This document shows positions 42,101-54,100 of a stretch of 64,000 nt of DNA, in pieces. The translations under genes were made by a program, and so were the position numbers. Positions within the stretch are counted from its first letter, which is position 1. Each line of letters begins with the position of its first letter. The stretch is from NCBI GenBank assembly GCA_037379345.1, contig CM074512.1, positions 66,423,597 to 66,487,596 of the forward strand, read 5' to 3'. The notes under the pieces are model-generated. The model saw only the letters and a list, made by a program, of their open reading frames with translations, was not told the DNA's origin and ran no database searches. The stretch is from Perna viridis. Taxonomy: Eukaryota.

Positions 42101-45100
42101 TGAGAATGTGTACTTTAAAATCACATTTGTAATTTTTTTTGGAATGCTGGTATTAAAGTTTCATAAATTTTTACAAACTACTTTTCAAGTTATTGCATGA
42201 ACACCAAGTGTGTTAGCAGGACAAAAACAGCACAGATGCAACACAGAGGACAACACAGATGAAAACAATGACAACATAGATGAAAACAATGACAACATAG
42301 ATACAACACAAAAGACTACACAGATGAAAATATAGATGACTACACAGATGCCAACACAGAAGACAAAACAAGGATGAAAAGACAGAAGACAACAGATGAC
42401 AACACAGATGACAACAATGACAACATAGATTCGTTTGAATATTATCGTTTTCAAATCCACAAATTAAAGATTTTACGAACCAATTATTTCCCCCTAAACC
42501 ACAAAACTTGGTACCCACCAATAAAAGCACTTTTACAGTAACTGAACAGCAATTAACAGCAAAAATTCAAAAAAGGCATTATATACATGAATTGCTAAAA
42601 TTTCATATCATCTTCTCCTGGTTAATTTCAGGACAAATTTAGAAAGCTTTAAATTTCAAAGGAGACAAATATTAACTTCACAAAAAGCTATCAAATTTTT
42701 TACCTGCAAATTGACGCACTTGGGATTTTTCAAGGACAACCTGTCATTTGTATTATCAAACAAGGTCAAGGTCACTTTGTCATCCTTATCATAATCCTTG
42801 ATGACAACTGTACCAACCACCAGTGCTGAAAAAAAAAAATTATATTATTTTTAATTTTCAAATTCAAATTTTAATTCTATATTCAAAGTATTTGCTATAT
42901 TTATTATAGTATATTCTACAACCTTATATCTAACCAAAATATGGAGGTCACTTGTTTTAACTAGAAAAACTATGCAATGTTTACTAAATTGGTACCATTA
43001 AATTGATACCCCCACCCACTACTCCATGTTGGGGAATGGCCAAGTCAACATTTTTCTGTGTCATACCTCAAAAAACATTTAGATCAAAATCTAAAAAAGG
43101 AGGTCACATCAATAATGTAGGAGGAATTGTGAAAAAGAGGGTACCCCCTCTGTATAACGAAAGTATAGATGGAAAGACAGACGTTCCTTATCACTATATA
43201 TTTCCCTGCTTGCAAAATGGGAGAGGGTATAAAAATCACATACAAAATGTTTTTTACATTATGTTCTATGCTGAATGGGTTTATCATAATTTTGAAGTTA
43301 GCAGGTAACAATAAAATAATTACTATGAAAGTACTTTTATTCTGGCATGTCAATTTTCTTGGACTGCAGACCAATCTTTGGTTCATGGATTCTTGAATTC
43401 GTGGTTTGATATTTACCACAGTACAAACAAACAGAAAATATGTATTTTGTCAGGAGTTTAATTTTGTGGTTTGAGTCAACCAAGAAATACACAAAAATTG
43501 GTACCCCACAAATATAAGTATTTTCACAGTATGAAAATTTTTAGCCAAAAGAACAGTTGAAAATGTGTGGAAAAGTCCATAAAAGCACATATGTACAACT
43601 TGTAGTAAATATATACAACAATAAGATATCCATGGACTTCGTGAATCATTCTTAATCATCAAATTTACATGTCAACGTAAACAATGGCCTTATATAACCT
43701 GATCTAGGGTGCGAAAATTTTGACAGACCATGTCAGACATTTTATCAAATTTCAGCAGACGTTTGCATCAGCCTTTTACCTGCCTACATCAAGAATAAAC
43801 TTTAAAAACCCTTTTTTGTAGTTATTTAAAGACAAATACTGGAATTTGTGTTATTCCATCACATACTCTGTCTTTTATAAAATATCTGAACGAGTGAATG
43901 AGTTCAGGTTCGACCACATCTGGCCGTTCTGACATGTAAACAAAACATCGCGTCTCTCAGACTTTTTCATCACATCGCTGAAAACTTCTGAGTGATGAAA
44001 AAAATGTTAATTATTTTAAAAATAAAAACATGAATACATTTTGTATATTGATTTGAATGGGTTGTTGACTTATGTATTAAAAAGATTCAATCGATGAATT
44101 ATTAATTACAAACTACAACTGATTCAGCACATGAGCTTTCGTTACCACTGAAAGATCGGCAAGAAAATGATGGATTTGTCAATCTTTTTCTTATTTAAAT
44201 AAAGTAACACATGTAAGAAAATTCTCCAAATCACTTCAATTAATTCGTACATGCAATGGTGCTGCATGTGTAGCGTTAATTTAATGATGCAATCAACTAA
44301 TCAGTTACAGTTAAATCACAGTCACAGGTGGCTGCACATTGGCTAATTGATACTGACCTACACCTGTCAAATAATTAACAATAAACAATTAGGAGACATG
44401 TAGAAGGATGTTTATACAGCAATAAAACCACGCTGACTGTAATTTATAGTGGTTAACAATTTTTTTATGTACGATATTGGAAAATGGTCGCTGGTCATTT
44501 GCAAAATTTGTCGGGCAATGACCGGCATTTTTGACCATTTCTGGATGATTGAACCTGATTAATAACATTCTCCCTCAGACAGAGCCATGCATATTTTGTA
44601 CTTGTATTGTCCAGCATATACATTTTACATTTAAAAAAAAAGACAAATATAGGACAGCATAATAAGAAACACATGCCAACATCAAGAATTTTTGCAGTAG
44701 CTATAATCAAAGTAGGAGTGTTTATGGCTCCTATAAGGCTAAAATCTACTGAAAATTAATCATCAAATTTTAAAGTGCATATTATGAATTAGGAGACTTG
44801 AATCTATACTGAAAATTGAGAAAAGATCAGAACTTCTGAACATTCTTGCATCAAAAGAACAAAAGAACTGTTTGAATTTGAACAAATATCAGATATTCTG
44901 TTCAGCTTGTACTTTATGGTCACTTTTTGGTCATATTTTGGTGCAACAAAATAGTGTCCATACCAGAGAAACAACTTCATATTTAGTGAATACATTTATT
45001 ATTACATAGTTTATCATTTGTGAAAATATTCTTTGGTGTGGACATAGTTTTCTTTGTGTAAATATGTCAGAAAAGACAATAAAATCCACAATTTCTCAGC

Positions 45101-48100
45101 AGTTATTTTTTTTAAATGATATATAATTGTTGTATGATTGTGAACTTTCCTTTTCCTAACATTAATATATTTTACTATGTTTTGAAATTTTTGTGTGCTA
45201 TTACAAAAAAGTTGATATTTTTTGGGCAATATTCATATCGTAATTTCACAATAAAATATAAAAGAAAAGCACAAACCATTGCCATTTTCTTTCACTTTTG
45301 GCTTGTTGACATCATAATTCAACAAAGCATTCATAGGTGTTATCTCCAATCCAAATGGTGACTCATTGATATCTTCTATTTTAAATGTTATGGTTGATGT
45401 TACCTGTGATAGAACAATGACATATTGTGAAAGTACTTTTTTTCATAGAGTATCAATTTTCATGGTTTTCATGGGTAGGCCAAATAACAAACTTTGGTTC
45501 CCAACGAAAAAGAGATTTCCGCTGATGTGTATACTGAAAACCTAATAACCACATATACAAAAATCCACGGCCTAGTGATTCTTCCCTAATCCATAAAAAT
45601 TGGTATCCACAAATTCAAGTACTTTCACAATATAAAATACATCTACACTATTGGAAATATCAAATCTGTATATACAAACTTTAGGAAAAGGTTAGAATGC
45701 AATACCCATGTGATTCTGACTGTTTTGCAGGAAGTACAAATGAATTTGGTATTTTCCAGCAATGTACATGTATTATAATACCCTGCAAATAAGTTTATAG
45801 TGAGAAATCTCACATATACCCAGGAAAAACATATTAAACCATATCATTTCTGCCATCTCTTGAGTAAATTGTTAGGAAGCCCCTCAAACTGGTTACCAGT
45901 TTTCTGCATTAGATGTACTTCAAAATAAACAGGCATTGTGAGAATATTGCATGGCAATTCAAAGTCCCCAACGGAAGAAAAAACTGTTGAAGAGAACAGA
46001 GTGCAAACTTCATGCATAACTTGTTAACAAGAAAAGTGCTGAAAACTGAGTCTACATTCATTTTCAAAGTCAAAGGACAATAACTCATGAAAAAATCAAC
46101 TGACTGGTACAAAACTCAAACTTGATCTTTAAATTGTCATGGTAAAGCAATGTATCAAATATCAAATCATGATAAAAAAAAAGCATATTTGTTTATACTA
46201 CTTGATGACAATCTGTTTTCACTGTATTCTATGGAAAAGATCCATAAAATCTTGAACTTTGTGAAATTACAACATAGGAAATAATGGAGAGATTACCAAT
46301 TTGCAGTCAAAATTTGTAGAAAATACAGAGAATCCATAAAAGTACAAACAGACAGACAGACAGATAGACACTAAAGTAAAAAAAAAAACTGATCAATTTT
46401 CCATATTTGAATTTTTTTTTAAAATAAGAGCAGTAATAAATGCATGCAAAAATTTACCAGTACATATTAACTTGCAGTACTTACAGATAATGGTTGTCCA
46501 TTCGTCCCATCATCAGTAGATTTTACAACAATGACAAATTCTGTGAACTCTTCTGTCTCAAAGTCAAAGCTTCTGGAAGCACTGAGCACTCCATTCTTGA
46601 TACTAAACAAACCACTGGGGTCATTAACTAGGTCATATGTATGTGCCTGGTCAACATCCTCATCTTCTGTTGTCAGAGCAACCAGATCTTCTCCTGAATA
46701 GAAGAAAACTGAAGTGATTGGAAACAGTACTGAAAATACCATGTGTTGTTTGATGATACACATGTTGAGGTATTTATTTGGTGACCTAATTGTTCACTAA
46801 ATAAACTCCATAACTGTCTTAACCAGAACCTTACTGAAGTATGTTTAAAGTCTCTCACTTTCAATGTGTTTCATTTAAAATGAACTGTCTAAAAATAAGT
46901 CTACAGACCTAAAGAATTTTAAGCAAACTGACAACAAATGGCAAAGTCGCAAAAAAAACCAGTCTTCTGTGGTATGACATCTTGTATAATTTCAATAAGA
47001 TCTATACACAAGTACTCAAGTTATTATCTGGAATCCAAATAATATCCACAGACACCAGAATCAAAATTTTCAGTACTTAGGAATATTGCTACACCTATAA
47101 AATCAGGCAGGTCCAATAGAAACAGTAAAGCATCAATTTCTATTTTTTTGTAGACTCTTTCTTACTGAAATTTATTCACTATAACCAACAAAAAAACCTA
47201 CACACTGTGTAGTGCAGATCTGTAAGGTCAAAAGAGGGTCATAAACCATTCTAACTTGATTGGAATGCAATTCAAAATTCAATTTAAACAGTCCATAAAT
47301 AACTTTCTTCATCAATACTATGTAACCTCTAACTTGAGTTTTTGAGGGATTTTGATTTATAGTTTCAGCAAAATAATGTCTGCAATAAAACTAGGAGTAT
47401 AAAAATATTTACCTGCCTGATTTTCACATAGGCATGATTATATCATACCTTCTATTGGAAATACTGGTCTATTTCCACAACACTAAAAAAAAACACTAGT
47501 TGGCACTGAAAATGATTAAAAGGTATCACCAGAAAAAAAGAACAGCAACTCCTGCAAAAACTTAGCCTGTAGTGCTGAGAGGGGAGCGAAGAAAAACAAC
47601 TAATGTAGAATATAATTTAACCAGTTTAAATATAATTTTAGGATCAGAAAGGACAAATTCTTGACAGATTCTTTTCTCTAGTGCATTGGAGGGTTTTCAT
47701 TTTTGTAAAGAAAAAGGCTGAGTTGTTCCAATTAATCAAACCTGCTTCAGCTTCCTCTGGAATAGATGGTGAGTCCAGTTTTACAGCAGTTGGTTTATCA
47801 TTGACATCAGAGAGTTTGATATGGACATCAAAGTATGCCTTCTCACGAGGACTTCCGTCATCTACAGCCATGATGGTTATGGTTCGGCGCTTTAGTTTTT
47901 CACGGTTCAGTAAACAGAAATTCCCACCCTCTGTAGGACACTTTGGATCAGATTGTCTGGCTACCTGTTTTAGAATTTTCTCAATAATATACATATGTAT
48001 TACATAAGTAACAAGCCTAATATTTTATGAAACATTTTTTAATTCCATGTAAATGAATTCAATACTACTTGTTGTTTGAAAAAAATGTTCATCTAACTAC

Positions 48101-51100
48101 ATTAGTTGACCAACATCAAAAATATTTCCAAAACATTTCTCTTGAATACAGAAATTTTGGAAAGGTCAAATTCTAGCAGAATTCAAATGAGCTAAGTTTT
48201 TGTTATCAAAGTTTCTATTCTCATTTTTAAGAACTAAATTTGATTAAATACTGGCTAATTAAAACCATACAAATAACAGATACAACTTATTTTTTAGGCC
48301 ATGGACTTTAAGTTCTTGGAATGGAATAAGGTACAGGTAAAAAAAAAAAGGGTATCAAAAGGCCTTTGTTTTCAAATGTATTTGTATCGTTTTGATCCAA
48401 AAACAGTTATTGGGGATTTTAGTCAGTGGCAGATCTAGATGAGTTTCCAGAAATTGGAACCCCTTTGATAAGAAAATATGTTAGTTTTGTTCTAAATAAG
48501 GACAAAAACGAGAAAATGATTGCCTGGCCCCCCTCTGAAATTTCTGGATCAAACCCCAACCCCCCCTCCCAATTTTAAAATAAATTCCTTGATCCCCACT
48601 GTTTAATTGTCTATTGTATACATAATTGTTTCAGTTTTAGAAACAACTTTATACCAAAACTTGCCCAGTGCAGCAGGGGACAAAGTCAAATTACCCCAAA
48701 GTTCATAAAAACTACCCATATGTTTGATTTTTACTTCTTCAAAACCCAAGCAACTCTTAACAGATTTGGCTTCCACCATAATTTTAAAACTTTGTCAAGT
48801 GAACAAGAACTAATATTTAACATGGTATTTTGGTATGTTCTTCATCTTTCTTATTGTTTTGTTTCAATATTTGAATTCAACAGAATGTTTCTATATTACC
48901 TTTACACAAGTCTGTCCATTTTCCTGGTAAGTAGCAAACATCTTGAGGTTAGAATTGACAAGAAGAAAGGATAATGTTTGACTTGGATCGTCGTCAACCC
49001 CGGAGATACATCCTACTTTGGTATTGTTCATACTGTTTTCTGGTATAGTATTTGGTGTTAACTGAAACATATAACTAGATATCATTAGATGGTGTCCATC
49101 CATATTGGCCCCACTACAAAAAAAGAAGTTGGTTCGGTAAGGGCAAAATTTTGCCTAAAATTCATGAAGAAAATTTAATTGTTTCTCCAGCTCTTTAATG
49201 TGTTTTATAGTTGATTTGATTGGTTTATGGTAATAATTGGAATATACAGTTGTATATGTCCTTCAAACTTGGCTGAGATTGGGAAAATCTGTTAAAAAGG
49301 CTGGAAAACACCAAATGTTGTGGAGTCTTTCAACCTTTAAACAATGGCCACATGCATGCTGATTCTCATGCTTCATATATTTTGTGTATAATTGTTAGTT
49401 ACAATTCATGTAACAGTACCCTGAGTCAACAGATGTGTGGCCACTTCCATTCCACACAAAAACCATCTTAAAAATTGTAGAAATGTTAAAAGTTAAAGGT
49501 TTTTGTAAAAGCTGCATAAATGCATACTGTTATTTCTGTAATAACTTCATAAATCTTTTCAAAAACATCTTATATTCAGAGTTTGTGATCATTTTACTAT
49601 ACTTTAGCTTTAATCAAATTTTTAAAATGCCCTAATTATGAGGCCAAAAGGGGTCCTTACCAAACTTTCTCCTTTGTAAAAGATAGACTGTTGGCAGAAC
49701 TGCATGTCAAATTTGTAATCAGGTCATCAAAGATAAGAAAGTCAGTCATGACTCATGACACAATTTTTGACAATAACTAAAGTCTTAAAAGAACCCATCA
49801 CTCACCATTAGAAATCTGGTTGCTATGACATTTGATCTAGCAGAAAAGCAGAACAAGATCAAATCATTTATAGAGACCCTTACTGATAGAATTCTCGCTA
49901 ATGAATATAATTTCTACATTAATGACAAGTTTGTTTCTATCTCTAATTCTTTTCATGATGTATTGAGATAAGGATTAATCAAGAAAACCAAGATTCTAGC
50001 GGAAATCAAAAGAATGTAATCCAGGGACAAAGACCAGATATTGAAAACAGACAAACACAACAAAGAATATAAAATAACAAAAATTATACATACAAAGTAA
50101 CAAAAGTAATTAAGCAACTCGGACTCCACTAAAAACTCGGAGCATGGACCAGGTGTACCAGTAGGGTAAGCATGTTCTGCTTTTCTAGAGGATAAAAACT
50201 GCTAAGATCTTCAAAAATCAATAACTCTAATAGGAAGTCATTCTAAAAATTTTGTGGGTGGGCCATAATAAACAGCTGTACATATCACAGTATAGCAGTA
50301 CATCCCAAATACTGGTATTAGTGTTTAGGATCCTATAACTTGGATACAAAATTTTTAAAGGAATAAAAAAAAGAAACAATAGGGAACATTTTCACAAAGA
50401 CAAATACTATACCTAAATATTAATAAAAATGTATTTCTAAAGGCATTTAACCTCTAGTTCTACATGAAACAGCAGAACAATACAATTTGTGAAGGGGAGA
50501 GAATGCAATTAGGTTAGGGTCTCACTAACCACTTCTAACGTTTCCATTACTTTACATGTTAAAAAAGTAATTTTCAAAGTCTCACTGTGAATTCCCAGGA
50601 CAAATGACATCTTAAAGCTGCATACCGTTGCAAAGCTTGGAAAATAAGGCTTCCAAAATCATTATGCTAATGGTACGATGATAGTAGAAATTCTTCACAA
50701 AATTTACTTGAATAAATAATACTGAAAATCCACATTTTTACCTGTTCTGCTAACTGACAGCATGGAGGCAAATTACTCACACATGTAAACAATATTCATA
50801 CACTTTTGTAGTTAATTACATATATGATTTTAAAGTACACATTCTCAGCATTATTTTGACTACTTTTAATCATAATACACACAAATAATGCACTTACAAT
50901 GCATATGTCTAAGCTCATTGTGTTTTTGGTACTACATAGAGGGGTGGCCATTTGACCCGGAAGTGGTTAGTGAGACCTAGGATGCATACAATATACCTAC
51001 ATAGACTGCTCTAGGAGGATCGTTAGCATTTACAATCTCAAAAGGAAACAATTTCTCAATGTAATCACCAGCCAGATCTGTACTTCTGATGGTCAGGTTC

Positions 51101-54100
51101 CATCTACAACACATCAAACAAAAAAGGAAAACCTAAAATATGAACGTCAAAAACCAACTGATCTGACAACATACTTTTTTTTGAGGAAGTCTATTTGAGA
51201 TGACCAACATTGATCTCTTCATAATAAGATGTATATTTTCCAAGGTTTAACAGATCTATATCATGGGAAAAACTGATTTTCCTTAAGCCTATACTTGATT
51301 TAAAGTATTTCTCCTTTCTATGGTAAAATTAAGATTTCAACATCTCGCAAAAGATCCCTTGATGAAAATTTCAATTTTACCAGCTCAAGTGGAGAGTAAT
51401 TTACCAGTAAACCCCATAGATGCCAACCTCCTTGATACAATCAGTAAAGAAAAATTCAGTTATCTGCAATTTGGCACCTTTGTCAGTAATCTTCATTAAA
51501 ACTGAAATTGACATTTCTAATTTGTTTTGGATGAAATGTGTTTTGTTCACTATCTAGAAACAGCAAGATTAATCTTAGCTGAGATTGACAACATTTGTGA
51601 AACCTGAATGCACTGCATGATCTTCATTCCCATTGTTCTTATTTCAATGATATCTGCAAATATTATTTCCGGTTTCCTAAACCGGGAATGGCTTCTACTG
51701 TAAACAATTGAAAATCAAAAAAAAAATTGAAAAATTCATGAAATTATGGACAAATTGTGAAGGTAGGCACTTCTGTAACCTATCATCATTGAACAAGAAT
51801 CTAAATTTAACCTCAACCATTTGAACAATAGAAATTGCTTGTTTTCGCCTAGTATTCAGTTTACTCAGGATCAAAATACATTTCAACTGTTTTGAAAGAT
51901 GTCCACTTTAGACAGGTTTAAAGTTTAAAAAGGATCTGGTTTAGAATGTTTAATTGAATATCTGTATTTTTTCTTTCCCCTATCTTAACTCAGCAAGAAT
52001 CTGTACTTTTCATTACCACTCTAATAGTATAGCTTCCACATATTCAATAATACTGAATAAAAAATCATATTGGTTTACACAAATAATTTCACGGATTTTA
52101 ATGAAATCTACTAACCAGAAATAACTTCAATGGGAAATCAACTTAATGCATTTCATCAAATGTCAACACTGGGTGTAATAGTTACATATGTTACAGAAAG
52201 ATACTGAATAAGAATGGAGAAAGATATGTACAAAATCCATTCCTTGTTGGACATAACTTTTTGTTTACATAGAGTAACTGAGTACAACCCCAAGTGGGAG
52301 GTGTGAGATAGTCACATATCTCAGACATTTATGGAGTACTTTTATTGTGCATTAGGACAAAAAGAAAGTAAAATCGATTAATAAAGTCAAATATAACTTA
52401 TTCTCAAAAAGTTGAAAGAGGTACTTTTACTGATCAAATCAGATGAAAGTTTTGAAAAAAACTGATACTTAATTAAATTTTTTTAACAAGTAGAACAAAG
52501 TACTTTATCATGTTTCCTGTATATATAAACTGTTACATATCATTTGATATTCAAAGCTGAGAGAGTTAAATAAAATACTTCACAGTTTTATATCATAAAC
52601 AATTATAATTAAATCATGATTAATTCAAGCAACAAGTATGGACACGATATTTAAACTTGATTAAGCGCTTAATTTGGGTAGTGATTAAAACTTCCACAAG
52701 TTTCAAACCAGACCTGAAAGTGATCAAAGAATTAATAAAAGAACAGCGTTTCAAAGTCTCCCACCTAAAAAGATACATTTCAAACTTTAAATAACTTCTG
52801 TAAAAATCATTCAGCCACAACCAGAGTCGAACTTAATCAGTAACTTCTCATAGTAAGACTACATACAAAAGATAAAATCAAATGGTAAAAACATTACAAA
52901 AACAAGAGGCTCCCAGGAGCCTGAATCACTCACCTGGTTAAATGTTTGCCTTTCAAGGGCAATAACTCTTAACAAGAAGCTGATGGACAATTTTGACTCC
53001 ATGAAGACTTCGTTAGGACTTATCATGAGGATCCTTTCATCATTGGAAGTTTCATTCAATCTATCATAGTTTTCAAGATATTCAAATGGACTGAAAACTG
53101 CAAAAAAACGTAATGTTTTGCCTTTCAAGGACAATAACTCTTATATGGAGTCGTCTGACAACTTTGATCCCTGGAGACTTTTGTTGGCCTTATAATAAGA
53201 ATCATTTCACCAATTGAAAGTTTCATTCTACCTATCATAGTTTACAAGATATAGGCTGAAAACTGTAAAAAAAGTCATTTTTCACCTCTCAAAGGCAATA
53301 ACCCTTACATGGAGTCGTCTGACAACTTTGGTCCCTTGAAGACTTGTAGGCTCTATAATAAGGATATTTCAGCAACTGAAAGATATTGGCCAAACCTAAC
53401 GGTTTTGGAGATATATGCAAAAAAATACTGTATGACTCCTATGTTCTATTTTTAGTAAAGGCGGCAATGTTTTATAACCGATCAAAAATCCAAACACTCA
53501 TTTTGTCAGGGATACCCTAAAAAACAAAAATATCAACTTTCATTGAATTCTGTATAGTAGTTTTTGAGGGGAAGACTTTTGAAAGTAATAACATCAAAAA
53601 CAGCAAAAAACATCCAAAAAAAGGCAATAACTCCAACTTGGGTCAACAGATTTTCACCAAAATTTGACCACAGATAGATCTCAACATGCTAAATACTTTA
53701 ACACAATGTCAGAATTTGGCTAAACCTAACGGTTTTGTAGAGATAAGCAAAAATCTGCTGTCTGACTCCTGTATTCTATTTTTAGTAACGGCGGTATTGT
53801 TTTTTTTTTAACCTATCAAAAATCCAAACGGTCATTTTGTTAGGGATACCCTAAAAAACAAAAATACCAACTGTCATTGAATTCTGTATAGTAGTTTTTG
53901 AGGGGAAGACTTTTGAAAGTAATAACATCAAAAACAGCAAAAAACGTCCAAAAAGGGCAATAACTCCGACATGGGTCGACAGATTTTCACCAAAATTTGA
54001 CCACATACAGATCTCAGCATGCTGAATAGTTTAATCTACTCAGAATTTGGCTAAACCTAAGGATTTTGGAAATACATGCAAAAATCTGCTGTCTGACCCC

